DNA from: an uncultured delta proteobacterium
Lineage (GTDB): Bacteria > Desulfobacterota > Desulfomonilia > UBA1062
Reading direction: 5' to 3'
NCBI GenBank assembly: GCA_963785235.1
Contig: CAWAUM010000001.1
Span: 160,001 to 224,000, forward strand
Length of the DNA stretch: 64,000 nucleotides
Positions 20,445 to 32,405 of the stretch are shown here, piece after piece. The notes beneath the pieces were generated by a model that was given only the letters and a program-made list of their open reading frames with translations, had not been told where the DNA came from and did no database searches. The translations under genes were made by a program, and so were the position numbers. The stretch's first letter is position 1. Every line of letters starts with the position of its first letter.

Positions 20445-21001
20445 AAAGGGCATTAGATGTATTTTTTTCTCTTTGTTTGATGCCGGTCCTGGTGATCCCC
20501 GCAGCGGTTATTGCCGTGCTGGTCAAGGTTACGTCCAAAGGACCCGTGTTGTACTGGTCTGAGCGTATTGGTGTGAACAATACGGTTTTCAAGATGCCCA
20601 AGTTCAGAACCATGAATCTAGATACCCCCCCTGTTGCCACCCATCTCCTGGAAAACCCGGAAAAATACCTTACCTCCATCGGCCCTTTCCTGCGAAAGCT
20701 GAGCCTGGATGAACTCCCGCAGCTCTGGAGCGTTTTCAGGGGCGACATGAGCTTTGTCGGGCCGCGGCCGGCCCTGTTCAACCAATATGATCTCATTGAA
20801 TTACGGACACACAAAGGCATTCATACCCTTATGCCCGGCATCACCGGCTGGGCACAGGTTAATGGGAGGGATGATCTTCCCATACCCTTAAAGGTTGAGT
20901 ACGATGAGTTTTATTTACAAAATAAATCCTTCATGCTTGATCTTAAGATTTTGTTCATGACCCTTCAAAAGGTTTTGCACAGAGAAGGCGTGACACATTG
21001 A
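20441..21001 (+). CDS. Small monotopic phosphoglycosyl transferase (bacterial sugar transferase)
   Basis: KR.LD, KFRTM, SLDELPQL, GDMSFVGPRP, PGITGWAQVNGR. Confidence 0.92.
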   Translation: MKRALDVFFSLCLMPVLVIPAAVIAVLVKVTSKGPVLYWSERIGVNNTVFKMPKFRTMNLDTPPVATHLLENPEKYLTSIGPFLRKLSLDELPQLWSVFRGDMSFVGPRPALFNQYDLIELRTHKGIHTLMPGITGWAQVNGRDDLPIPLKVEYDEFYLQNKSFMLDLKILFMTLQKVLHREGVTH

Positions 21002-21057
21002 TGGAAGCACTAGATGCAGTGTATTAATCAATAGAATCAAAAGAGGAGGTTTTTTTC

Positions 21058-22699
21058 ATGGAATATTCAATCAGCCCTGATGGCAGGAAATACCCGCTGC
21101 CCGGAAAGAACGATTACCAGGTCGAGTTCACCCGTCTGAAAAAGCTCGCTGCCGCACAGCGGAAAAAGGGCAACGAGATCGTCGTGGTTATGGGCCTGGG
21201 TTTTGTGGGCGCCGTCATGGCCGCCGTGGTGGCTGACAGCACGGACAGAAAAACCGGAAAGTCCAAAAAGTTTGTCATCGGCATGCAGCGCCCCAGCCCG
21301 CGCAGCTACTGGAAGACACCCATGCTGAACTCCGGTGTCTCCCCGGTGAAGGCCGAAGACCCTGAGGTGGATATCCTCATCAAGCGCTGTGTTCTTGAAA
21401 GGAAGAACCTCATTGCCACCTACACCTACGATGCGCTCACCCTGGCCGATGTGGTGGTGGTGGATGTCCAGTGCGATTTTCTCAAGGCCGAGCTCGGCAA
21501 CTGCACCTCCGGCAGGGCAGAGATCGCTGCACTGGAAGAGTCCATAAAGATCATTGCCGGGAAGATCCCGCCCGAGTGCCTGGTGCTTATCGAAACCACG
21601 GTGCCGCCCGGCACCACGGAATACATCGCCTACCCGGCCATAAAGAAGGCCTTTACCGAGCGCGGCATTCAAACCGAGCCGCTCATTGCCCACAGCTATG
21701 AGCGGGTGATGCCCGGGAAAAGACTATGTAAAGTCCATCCGCGATTTCTGGCGCGTGTGCAGCGGCATCAATGATGAAAGCAGAACAAAAGTGGTGCGGT
21801 TCCTTTCCGATGTGCTCAATGTTGAAAAGTTTCCGCTCACCGTCCTTGACAGGCCCATCGAGAGCGAGACCTCCAAGATCGTTGAGAACAGCTACCGTGC
21901 CACCATCCTGGCCTTCCTCGATGAGTGGAGCAACTTCTGCGAGAAGAACGGGGTGGACCTCATCAAGGTCATCAAGGCCATCAAGGTGCGCCCGACCCAC
22001 AGCAACATGATCTTTCCCGGCCCGGGTATCGGCGGTTACTGTCTGCCCAAGGATGGCGGCCTGGGCGTCTGGGCCTACCGCCACCTCATGGGTTTCGAGG
22101 ACGAAAATTTCAGGATCACCCCTGATGCCATCAACATCAACGACACAAGGGCGCTGCGTGCCGTGCACCTCGTGCGTGATGCCTTGCGCAACATGGGCAA
22201 GATCGTTGCCGCGTCCACCATAACCATACTCGGGGCCTCATACCGGGAAGATGTGGGTGATACGCGCTACAGCGGCTCCGAACTCATTGTGAGAAAGGTC
22301 GTGGAGATGGGCGGCAACATCCGCGTGCACGACCCCTATGTGGAGCACTGGTGGGAATTCGAATCACAGGATACCTATCCCAGTGTCGGCTCGAGCTGGG
22401 CGCGTTTCTTCAGAAACCAGGAAATCCTCAAGGACCTCAGGGTGAGCAAAAACCTCAAATCCACCCTGAAAGGCTCCGATGCAGTGGTGCTGGCCGTGCG
22501 GCACAAGGACTACCTGACCCTGAAACCCGAAGCAGTGGTAAAGATGATCGGGGCACCTGCAGCCATCATCGACTGCTTCGGAATACTCGACGATGCAATG
22601 ATCAGGAAGTATTTTGAACTGGGGTGCGAGGTCAAGGGCCTCGGCAGGGGCCATATCCAGAGAATCAAAGAGGATGTGCGTTCCAAGACAAGGGATTGA
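21058..22699 (+). CDS. UDP-glucose/GDP-mannose dehydrogenase family protein; +1 frameshift at A4 run 21718-21721
   Basis: GLGFVG, IETTVPPGTT, ERVMPG|KDYVKSIRDFWRV, KIVENSYR, GGYCLPKD, DTRYS. Confidence 0.88.
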
Positions 22700-22767
22700 G
22701 CCATTTTCATAAACAATTATTTTGTTATGCAAAGCTCTCGGTTCAAGATAACCAGGAGGGGATATCT

Positions 22768-24940
22768 ATGATCATGGATATAAAAAAGATAGTGCTGGGA
22801 TTGAGTGTAATGCTGATTCTTTCTGTGCTGGGTGCTTCTGTCGCTGCTGCCCAGAATGTCCAGGTGATCCCCATATCCCCTTCTCTGAATCCGCTGAGCC
22901 CCTCGCCGCTCACCCTGCCGCAGCAGCAGGCCATCATCCAGCCCAAGGCCGACCAGCCTGCGCCGCAGAACCTGCAGGCCCCCTTGGAAGAGAAGACATC
23001 CGAATTCGAGCAGTATGTCTCAGGCACCATGTCCCCGTCGGTGAGCACCAGCATAAAACAGTTCGGGTATGACCTGTTCAGCCGGTCGCCTTCCAGCTTC
23101 GCCCCGGCCGAAGACGTGCCCGTGGGCCCTGATTATGTCATCGGACCGGGTGACGAGATCAAGGTGTCCATCTGGGGGAGCATCGAGGGCCAGTGGACCA
23201 GCGTGGTGGACCGGGACGGCACCATCAGCCTCCCCAAGCTCGGTCAGCTGGGCGTTACCGGCCTTACCTTCAGCCAGCTGAAGATTGTACTCAATAAGGA
23301 GCTGTCGAGGTATTACACGGGCTTTGAGATGAATGTCAGCATGGGCTCGCTCAGGACCATCCGGGTGTATGTGGTGGGCAATGCCAACAGGCCCGGGTCA
23401 TACACCATATCCTCCCTGTCCACGCTCCTGAACGCCCTGTTCCAGGTGGGAGGCCCAAGCAAGACCGGAACCATGAGGGACATCCGCGTGGAGAGGAACG
23501 GCAGCACCGTGACCCACTTCGACCTGTACGACCTGCTGCTTAAGGGCGACAAGACAAAGGATATCCGGCTCATGCCCGAAGACGTGATCTTCATCCCGCC
23601 CGTGGGGTCCCTGGTGGGCATTGCAGGCAGCGTACATACCCCTGCCATCTATGAGCTCAAGGGCGAGAACAGGATATCCCAGCTCGTGGGCATGGCCGGT
23701 GGGTTGAGCGCGGTGGCCTTCAAGGGCAGGGTGCAGATCGAAAGGATTGTGGAAAACAGGGCCCAGGTGGTCTTTGAATCGGACCTGGAGTCCATGGCGA
23801 ATAATGCCCTCGCCCTTCAATCAGGAGATCTGCTCAAGGTCTTTCAGGTCGTGCAGGACAGAAAGATAGTGAGGCTCACCGGCGCCGTGAACCGGGGCGG
23901 CGAATATGGGTTCACCGCGGGAATGACCGTGAAAGAACTCATATCCATGGCCGGCGGGCTCAAGTATTATGCCTATGACAAAGAGGCCGAGTTGACCAGG
24001 GTTACCGTGACCGGCAGCGGACCCAAAACCGAAAAGATCATCATCAACCTTGAAAAGGCCATCAGCGGTGATGTTAACAGCAACATCGGCCTGAAAGAGG
24101 ATGATTATCTCTTTGTCCGCGCCGTTCCGGAATGGCGTTTATACAGAACCGCCTCCATAACGGGCGAGGTCAGATTCCCCGGGACGTTTACCATTGTGAA
24201 GGGTGAGCGGCTCTCTTCCCTCATTGAAAGGGCAGGGGGTTATGTCGACGGTGCATACCTGCGCGGCGCTGTGTTTCAAAGGGAGCAGGTAAGGGATGTG
24301 CAGCAGAAGGGCCTCGATGAGATGGTTGCCAGGCTGGAGAGGGAACTGCTTGCAGGGGTTTCGGCCCAGGCATCTACTGCCGTCTCTGCTGAAGAGATCC
24401 AGGCGAAAAAGGTCGAGCTGGAATCCAAGCAGGCATTCCTCGAGGCATTGAAAAGGCAGAAGGCATCAGGGAGGATCGACCATCAGGCTGGCACACCTGA
24501 GGCTTTTGAAGGGCAGCGAATATGACCTTGAGCTGGAGAATGGCGACAGCCTGTATATCCCCACCATGAACAGCTCGGTGAGTGTCATGGGTTCCGTCAT
24601 GTCCCTGGGCAGCTATATCTACTCGGAGAAGTATAACTACAGGGATTACATCGACATGTCAGGCGGATATACCAGGTATGCGGATTCGGACAATGTCTAT
24701 GTCCTGAAGGTGGACGGCTCTGCCAGGAAATTCTCGAATGGGGTATTCAGCTGGAGCAATTCCCGGTCGCGATGGGAGATGTCCGCCTTCGGTGGTGAGG
24801 TAAAAGAGATAGAGCCGGGAGACACCATCATTGTCCCGGAGCAGCTTTCGCAGATAGCGTGGCTGCGTGAGGTCAAGGACATCACCCAGATCCTCATGCA
24901 GATGGCCGTGATTGCGGGCGTGGTTGTGAACCTGTTCTGA
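22768..24940 (+). CDS. Multi-SLBB polysaccharide export protein (Wza/KpsD/OtnA-like); +1 frameshift near 24477
   Basis: Signal peptide, FGYDLF, DYVIGPGD Poly_export motif, repeated V.V.G.V..PG SLBB units, C-terminal amphipathic TQILMQMAV; AGGAGG SD. Confidence 0.88.
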
Positions 24941-24945
24941 TCGTC

Positions 24946-27018
24946 ATGACGGTGCAGGGATGCTTCGTGGTTGCCGTCTCATTTCTCCTTATATCTTCGC
25001 TCTGTTCTGCCGCAGACGAACCCTTCACCTTTTCTTCCAGCTGGGGCGGCACCGGTCTTATGGAGATTCCCACGGCACGGGTCATGAGAGAGAACAGCTG
25101 GCGTTTCGGCATCAGCCAGGTGCATCCGGCGCGGACCTATTACGGTGTCATCAGCCCGTTCAAAGGCCTGGAGATCGACGGCAGGGTAACGGAGATTCTG
25201 GGCACGAGTGACGAGGTGGAAAAGGATACGTTCGAGGGGTATGGCAACAACAAGGACAAGTCGGCCGACCTCAAGTTCCAGTTCATCCCCGAGGGCAAGT
25301 ATGTCCCTGCCCTTGCCGTGGGCATTATGGACCCGTCGGGCACCAGGCTTCTGGCATCGCAGTATATCGTGGCGAGCAAGCAGATCTTTCCCTTTGATTT
25401 TACGCTGGGCCTGGGCAACGGCAGGTTCGGGGACAGGCCGTTGCTCCCCTCGGGCAAAGGTGTCGAGATGGAGCTGTTCTCCGATCCAAAGCAGTGGTGG
25501 GAAGATGCCCGGGTCTTCGCAGGGCTCCAGTTCGCACCCTCGGACAAGTATGCCCTTATGGTCGAATACAACGCCATCCAGTTCCACAAAATGAGCCTGT
25601 ACGACGTTGAAGATACTGAGAAATATTTTGATGAACCGGTCCCATGGAAGGTGAATGTCGGTCTGAGGTGGAAACCCCTGAAGTGGACGCAGATCGACCT
25701 CAGCTATCAGAGGGGGGAACAGTTCGGCGTCAATGTGGCCCTGGACTTCGATATGGGCAAACCCATCATCCCCATATACGACTCGCCCTATCGGGAAGAG
25801 CAACCCATGAGGGTGTCCCCCCTTGAAGAAAGGCTGATAACCGCCCTGTACCACTCCGGATTCTCGGATATCGGCGTTTTTCTGGATGGCGGCAGCCTGT
25901 GGATAGATGCCCGCAACGAGCGCTATTACTACAGCACAAAGGCAATCTCGGTCATCATGGGCCTGGTCCAGGAGATCACTCCGGAAACACTTCAGGATGT
26001 CTCCATCACCCTCACCGAAAACAGGATTCCTGTGATGCGGTTCACGGCAACCAGGTCGGATATTGACCAGTGGCATGCAGAGAAGCTCACTGCCCGGGAG
26101 CTCCTGTACCTTTCCCGTCTGGATACCGGCATAGCAAGCACGCCGGACATGCAAAGGAGCCAGACCAAGCTGGTGCAATACGGCTTCAGGCCCGTGATCG
26201 AAACCTTCCTGAACGACCCGTCCGGATTTTTCAAGGCACGCCTCGGCCTGGAGGTGTGGTCGAGTTACCACCCGTGGAAAGGCGCGTCTTTTGTGGCAGC
26301 CCTGGAAGGCTACCCCTTCAACAACATCTCCACCGTGAACGAGCCGCTCTCCATACCTGTCAGGAGCGACATCGCCCTGTACAAGGAGCAGAACGTGGCC
26401 CTGGGAAGGCTCATGTTCGACCAGATAGTGAAAACCTCCCATGAGGTGCATGCACGGATCTCCGGAGGAATCCTGGAGATCCAGTATGCAGGGCTCGACG
26501 GTGAAATGGCCATGCCCATGCTGGATGGCAGGATCATGACGGGCTTCAGCGGCAGCGCGGTGAAGAAGAGGGACCCCGACAACCCGCTGAAGCTCAAGGA
26601 AGATGATGAGAAGGATCTGTACACAACTGCCTTCTGGAATACGCGCGTGAACTTCCCGGAACAGGAGATCTCCTTTGAGGTGAAGGCGGGCCGCTTCCTG
26701 GCAGGCGACCTGGGCGCAAGGTTCACGGTTTCAAAGTTCATCAACGGCGTCATAGTCTCTGCCTGGTACGGCATAACCGACACATCGAAATTCACGGATG
26801 AATATAACAGGGGTTACGAGGACAGCGGACTTCTGGTGACCATCCCGTTGAGGCTCTTCAAGGGTGAGGATTCAAGGACCTCGTACTGGTATTCGCTGTC
26901 GCCGTGGACGCGGGATGTGGCGCAGGATATCAGCCACTATAACAATTTGTTTGATTTCATGGGGAGGAATACGGGAGTGGGGTTCCGGAGAGATGCGGGA
27001 GAGATGGGCTTGCCCTGA
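24946..27018 (+). CDS. YjbH/GfcD family outer-membrane exopolysaccharide protein
   Basis: GGTGLMEIPTAR, DKSADLK, PALAVG..D, GRFLAGD.G, PWTRDVAQ. Confidence 0.85.
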   Translation: MTVQGCFVVAVSFLLISSLCSAADEPFTFSSSWGGTGLMEIPTARVMRENSWRFGISQVHPARTYYGVISPFKGLEIDGRVTEILGTSDEVEKDTFEGYGNNKDKSADLKFQFIPEGKYVPALAVGIMDPSGTRLLASQYIVASKQIFPFDFTLGLGNGRFGDRPLLPSGKGVEMELFSDPKQWWEDARVFAGLQFAPSDKYALMVEYNAIQFHKMSLYDVEDTEKYFDEPVPWKVNVGLRWKPLKWTQIDLSYQRGEQFGVNVALDFDMGKPIIPIYDSPYREEQPMRVSPLEERLITALYHSGFSDIGVFLDGGSLWIDARNERYYYSTKAISVIMGLVQEITPETLQDVSITLTENRIPVMRFTATRSDIDQWHAEKLTARELLYLSRLDTGIASTPDMQRSQTKLVQYGFRPVIETFLNDPSGFFKARLGLEVWSSYHPWKGASFVAALEGYPFNNISTVNEPLSIPVRSDIALYKEQNVALGRLMFDQIVKTSHEVHARISGGILEIQYAGLDGEMAMPMLDGRIMTGFSGSAVKKRDPDNPLKLKEDDEKDLYTTAFWNTRVNFPEQEISFEVKAGRFLAGDLGARFTVSKFINGVIVSAWYGITDTSKFTDEYNRGYEDSGLLVTIPLRLFKGEDSRTSYWYSLSPWTRDVAQDISHYNNLFDFMGRNTGVGFRRDAGEMGLP

Positions 27019-27059
27019 GCGGGTGTGTAAAAAGGAATGTTCAATAACTTTATGAGATA

Positions 27060-28583
27060 ATGATAGAAATCCTCTTAAAGCGATCCGTCAAGGATATTGC
27101 GGTTTATTTCCCCGGTAAACTGCTGCCGGCACTCGCAGCGTTCATAACAATTCCCATTTTTGCGCGTCTCTTCCGGCCTGAGGAATATGGTGTTCTGGCT
27201 GTTATCGGCATGTTTACCTCGGCAGGCGTTATCGCTGTAAGCAACTGGTTGTCTAACAGTGTGATGCGGTTTCTTCCCCACTATCGGAGGCAGGGACAGC
27301 TGAACCGGTTCTACTCAAATCTGCTGTGCGCATCCGCCTTATCTCTGATGGTCTGCACCATAGTAGCCGTTCCTGTCTACTTTGTCGCAAGGGCCACTGT
27401 GAGTGAGAACGTATTTCGCCTTTTCCCGTTGGCCGGAGGGATTATTGTCATCAGTACCTTGTATGCAATTTTCCAGACAGTCCTCAGGGCCGACCAGAGG
27501 TCTAAACTTTTTGTGGGGTTCGATCTGCTTCAAGTATTTGGGGCATTGGCCATTGGTTTTACTTTGGTAATTGCGCTGGATTTTGGTGTGGAAGGCATCT
27601 TATTGGGGTCATTGGCAGCCATGACAACAGCCAGTCTAGGCATGGGGTGGTGGCTATTGTGGCAAGGTATTGAATTAAAAATAGCCCACATCTCAAGTGA
27701 GACACTCAGAGAATTTTCTGTTTATGGTTTACCCCTTGGAATTGCTGCCATGGGCTCGTGGATTTTGACGCTCTCTGATCGATACATTATAGAATTTTTC
27801 AGGGGGACTTACGAGGTCGGCGTTTATTCAATGAGTTACAGCTTAGCCAGCAAGAGCATTAACCTGGTGGTTTCTCCTCTCATGCTGGCTGTTGGTCCGA
27901 TCCTTATCAATACATGGGAAAGCGAACACAAGGACGCAACGCCGCAATTGCTGGGGCAGATCACCCGCATAACCCTGCTTCTGGTTGTTCCCATGGTAGT
28001 GGGACTATCAGTGCTTGCTGTCCCTGTGTTTCGGGTTATGACGACCGATGCATATCTTCCAGGTGCTAGGGCTCTACCTTGGGTTGCCCTGGGCACGTTT
28101 CTCTACAGTCTTAATTTTCAGGCCTATACCGGACTGATTGTAGCAAAAAAAACCATGATAATGGCTCGAAACTATTTTATAGCAGGTTTGATAAATGTGC
28201 TGCTCAATATATTTCTGGTGCCGCGTTTCGGATTTGTGGCCGCGGCTGTAAATACGGCTGTATCGTATGGGATGCTGCTGGCGCTGAACATATTCTCTGC
28301 AAATAGATACCTTCCATGGATCTTTCCCTGGAGAACACTATGGAATGCGCTGTTCGCATCGGGTGCAATGGCATTGATGATTGTTATGGCTGGAGCATAT
28401 GTCCGGCCGAGCCTGTTTTTTCTGGCGCTTACCATTGTGGCAGGGATCTGTATTTACATGATTTTTATGATAGGGCTGCAAGAGATCAGAAGCAATGAAA
28501 TGAAGGCATTGAAGGGTATGGTCTCTTCAACAGCTGTCTTTGGTATATGGAAAAGGCTTTGTTGTCATAAAAAACAGGTTTAG
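27060..28583 (+). CDS. Oligosaccharide flippase (Wzx family), second copy
   Basis: About 14 TM; P.FAR.F.PEEYG, YGLPL, SDRYII, VGVYS..Y, LLNIFLVPRFG. Confidence 0.85.
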   Translation: MIEILLKRSVKDIAVYFPGKLLPALAAFITIPIFARLFRPEEYGVLAVIGMFTSAGVIAVSNWLSNSVMRFLPHYRRQGQLNRFYSNLLCASALSLMVCTIVAVPVYFVARATVSENVFRLFPLAGGIIVISTLYAIFQTVLRADQRSKLFVGFDLLQVFGALAIGFTLVIALDFGVEGILLGSLAAMTTASLGMGWWLLWQGIELKIAHISSETLREFSVYGLPLGIAAMGSWILTLSDRYIIEFFRGTYEVGVYSMSYSLASKSINLVVSPLMLAVGPILINTWESEHKDATPQLLGQITRITLLLVVPMVVGLSVLAVPVFRVMTTDAYLPGARALPWVALGTFLYSLNFQAYTGLIVAKKTMIMARNYFIAGLINVLLNIFLVPRFGFVAAAVNTAVSYGMLLALNIFSANRYLPWIFPWRTLWNALFASGAMALMIVMAGAYVRPSLFFLALTIVAGICIYMIFMIGLQEIRSNEMKALKGMVSSTAVFGIWKRLCCHKKQV

Positions 28584-28589
28584 GTAACA

Positions 28590-29800
28590 ATGCGAATAGG
28601 AATGGTCCTGACAAAAAGATTTCCTCCTGATATTCGCGTAGAAAAAGAAGCCAGTGTGTTGAAACGAGAGCATCAGCTTTTTATGCTGTGTCCGAGACGA
28701 GGCAATCAAAAAGCTGAAGAAATGTGTAACGGCCTTCATGTGCAGCGTGTTTTCTCTACGCCCGGAAGGTGGTGGGCTAATGGACGGCTCATGGCAACCT
28801 GCTCAAGTGTTGCCTGGAAGAAAGCTCTAAACGCTTATGCGGTAGAACATAAAATCGATGTACTGCATGTTCATGATTTGCCTTTACTCGGTGATGCATT
28901 GGAAGTTGCCCGAAAATTGGATCTGCCCGTAGTTGCAGATTTGCACGAAAATTATCCTGAGATGATGGCTCAAGCCCTGCATGATACCCGGTATGGAAGA
29001 ATGTCCGCGGCTCAGCTGGTGCAACGCCTCACGGTATCCATCGACAAATGGCGTAGGTACGAGCGCCGGACTGTCCCCCGGGCCGATGCGGTGATCGTGG
29101 TAATAGAGGAGGCACGAGAACGCATTCTCCGTCTCGGCGTAGCGCCGGAACGTATCCATATAGTGGCTAACTATACCCCCCTGGCGGACCGCGCTGTTAA
29201 AATCGACAAGAAGCATGAATGTGCAGCAGATGAAAAGTTCAAAGTAGTTTATGCAGGGGGGTTTGTCGCCACCCGAGAACTGCATACAGTGATAGATGCA
29301 GTTGCCCTCTTGTCTCAGGCAGAGACACCCGGTCTGCAAGTGGTATTGATCGGAGGCCATGAGGCTGCAATAAAGGCACTTCAGCGCTATATTGATAAAA
29401 AGCGGGTTCAGGATCGAGTTGTTCTGGTTGATTGGCGGCCGCTGGAAGAGGTGATGGAACACATTCAATCCAGTCAGGTTGGCCTGGCGCCGCTGGTTAA
29501 ATCACCCCACAACGATGCATCAATCAATCACAAACTGTTCCAGTATATGATCTGCAGGCGTCCGGTCATCGCTTCTAACTGCATACCCATGGAGCGGATT
29601 GTTAAAGAAACCGGCTGTGGTTTGGTTTACCCCTCAGGTGATGTAGCGGCTCTGGCCATGTGCCTGAAGCGATTGTATGATGATCCGGAGATGCGCGACC
29701 GCATGGGAAATGCAGGTTATAAGGCTGTTCAGGATAAATATAACTGGGAAAGTACCGGGCAGACGCTTTACAACTCTATCGCCAGCTGGCGTCGGTATAG
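28590..29800 (+). CDS. GT4 glycosyltransferase; probable frameshift near 29768
   Basis: FPPDIRVEKEA, HVHDLP, DLHENY, HKLFQYM...PVIASN, YNWE; restored end LLQLYRQLASV* at 29800. Confidence 0.8.
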
Positions 29801-29808
29801 GCAGAGAT

Positions 29809-30921
29809 ATGGGTCCACATTTGCCATCTCACCTCGGTTCATTCCCCCTTTGATACGCGCATTTTTTACAAAGAGTGCCTGTCATTGGTAGAAGCAGGCT
29901 ACCAGGTGACCCTCATTGCACCCCATACCCATGATGAAACGGTTCAAGGAGTAAGAATTCTTGCGCTGCCTTCTTCCAGTAATCGAATGAGCCGAATGAC
30001 CCTTAGGGTATGGCGTGTTTATCAACTCGCAAAAAATCTGAATGCTGACCTCTACCACTTCCATGACCCGGAGTTGATTCCACTGGGGATACTTCTGAAA
30101 GGTACTCGGTAAAAAGGTCATCTACGACGTACACGAAGACGTACCTCGTCAGACCCTCAGCAAACACTATCTGCCTTGGATAATTCGAAAACCAGTGGCT
30201 TGGGTTATCAGCGCTGTGGAATGGTTTGGTACAAAGGCTTTCAATGCCATCGTCCCGGCAACTCCCAAGATTGCCGAGCACTTTCCCGCCAGCAAAACAG
30301 TTACGAGTGCAGAATTTTCCTATTGGTAACTGAACTGATTGCGTCAAGCACGATCCCTTATAGAGAAGCGTCCACTAAGCTTTGTATATGTTGGCGTTAT
30401 TACGACAACAGCGGGGCTAATTGAGATGGTCCGTGCATTTGAGTTGCTTGCATGACATCTCCGGGGTAAGACTCGAACTGGCTGGTAAGTTCAGCCCATC
30501 CAGCCTTGAAGATATACTGCTGGATACTTCCGGGGTGGGCCACAGTGCATTATCATGGGCAGGTCTCGCGAGCACATTTGGCCCAGATTATGGGTAAGGT
30601 CAGAGCCGGATTGGTATTGTTTCACCCGTTGCCTAACCACATCGACGCCCAACCACACAAGATGTTCGAGTACATGTCTGTTGGCCTCCCTGTTATTGCA
30701 TCCGAATTCTCCGCTATGGAGGCAGATCATCGATGATGCGGGGTGCGGCTTACTTGTTGATCCATTGAATCCCAAGGCAATAGCAGAGGCGCTTCGCTGG
30801 ATTCTAGATCATCCCGCAGAAGCCGAAGCCATGGGGCGGCATGGCCGAAAAGCAGTGGAATTTAAAGTACAACTGGGATATCGAAGCAATCAAGCTAATA
30901 AGCTTGTACAACAAGTTATGA
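29809..30921 (+). pseudogene. GT4 glycosyltransferase (WbpH-like) split by many single-base indels, likely sequencing errors
   Basis: Reconstructed MVHICHLTSVHSPFDTRIFYKEC..., YHFHDPELIP, VIYDVHEDVP, PHKMFEYM..GLPVIAS, YNW; no deletion of any domain seen. Confidence 0.75.
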
Positions 30922-30961
30922 ACCCAAGATGGAGTCATTCAAAAAGGTCATAAGAGGATCT

Positions 30962-31133
30962 ATTATTCTTCACTATGAGATGGGCAATCTCGCCTCAATC
31001 CAAAATATGTTTAAAAAGGTGGGGGTATTAAGTAGTATGATTAGTGAACCTGAAGGAAATCGGCGATGCACGAGTATCACTAATTAATCCTGACATGGGA
31101 AAATTCGATAACGCTATGCGGCAGATTGAGTCG
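30962..31133 (+). pseudogene. Truncated relic of a HisH-type glutamine amidotransferase
   Basis: IILHYEMGNLASIQNMFKKVG...EPE|EIGDA..LINPDMGKFDNAM matches HisH N-terminus IIDYGMGNL.S...LPGVG.F..AM; stops after about 57 codons. Confidence 0.65.
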
Positions 31134-31142
31134 TGGGTGATA

Positions 31143-32405
31143 ATGACTGACAGTATAAAAAGGGATTATATTATTACCTTCCTTGTGACTCTGGGGGTTA
31201 TAGGAGCAACGGTTATCTTGTATAGGCTAGCACAGTCGCAATTCGGGACACAGGGATTTTATGCGTCTCGTTTGTGAAGAGGATCATTGCTTTTCTGGCG
31301 CCTATCATGGCAATTGGAATGGGTGTAGGTGTCCCGCGTGAAGTAGCACGTGTAAATGGCACTGATGCTGATGAGAAAAAATATGAAATTCTGAGAAATT
31401 CATTGTTCATAACAGTTGTACTGTTTGCTGCACTCTTTATTATAATAAATGTATTTACTGGATTCCTGGCTAATCTTTTTTTTGGTGATAGTAAATTCCA
31501 CTACCTTCTGAATCCCACGGTTATGTGTTTGCTCGGTGGAATGCTGAGTAGTCTTGTATATTCATATTATCGTGGTCTGAACAGTTTTTTAATCGCAAAT
31601 CTTATACAATTGGTGAACCTCCTAATATTCCCTCTCATTGTCTTTCTGTTGAGTTCGGATATTTCTGCTTACTTAGTCATGTATGGGGTTTTATCATCAC
31701 TGATGAGTATGGTCTTTATCGCAAAACATATTTTTCGTGGATCTGGTACATTCATTAATTTGCCCCTTCTCTTAAGTGTTACCAGGTACAGTATTAAAAG
31801 GCTTCCAGGAGACATCGCCCTCCAATTGATGTTTGTAATACCCCCTGTACTGACTGCCCACATGCTGGACTTCAATGCTGCCGGAGACATATCTTTTAGT
31901 CTCACTATCCTGACACTTATTACGATCCCACTATCGCCTATAAGCGTTTTGCTACTCCCTAAGGCAATGATGTGGATTAAGGATGGTAGGACTAGACTAT
32001 CTTATTAAGAGTACCGGGGATATTCTTCTAAAAGTTGTCATATGTGCAGTAATAATAAGTATTGTGCTCTTCTTCGGTTCAGAGTGGACTATGAAGTTTT
32101 TCTTGCCTGAAAGGGTTGGCTTTGATTTCTTCATTCTGAAAGCTGTAACTCTGGTGGCCTTGCCTTATTCTGTGTTTATCTACCTGAGAAGTTTCATTGA
32201 TGCATTCCATGAGACATCATACAATTCAATCAATTGTTTGATATCACTAGTTGTCTTTCTCATCATGGCGGGATTAATTAGTTATGTTGTTTCAACTCGA
32301 GCTGGTGTTGCTTCTGGTCTGGTGTGTGGTTTTTATACATTGGGAATGCTGACATACTATAGAATTCATTTGGACAGGGCGATCTTGACTCAGAATAAAA
32401 ACTGA
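31143..32405 (+). CDS. Third flippase/MATE-like polysaccharide transporter; frameshifts near 31260 and 31995
   Basis: Three consecutive hydrophobic ORF pieces join into one ~420-aa multi-TM protein (MG.GVGVPRE, YS.KRLPG, VLLLPK). Confidence 0.6.

Noticed and set aside
7519-21001. Flagellin glycosylation island, suggested by adjacency to flh genes
   Set aside because: No flagellin, Maf or nonulosonate genes; Wzx/Wzy/Wzz indicate a lipid-carrier polysaccharide
24979-26451. 490-aa antisense ORF and other long shadow ORFs (e.g. 1493-2239, 4462-5178, 9007-9750, 37775-38515, 58556-59272)
   Set aside because: Opposite well-supported genes, no motifs; expected from GC3-rich codon bias
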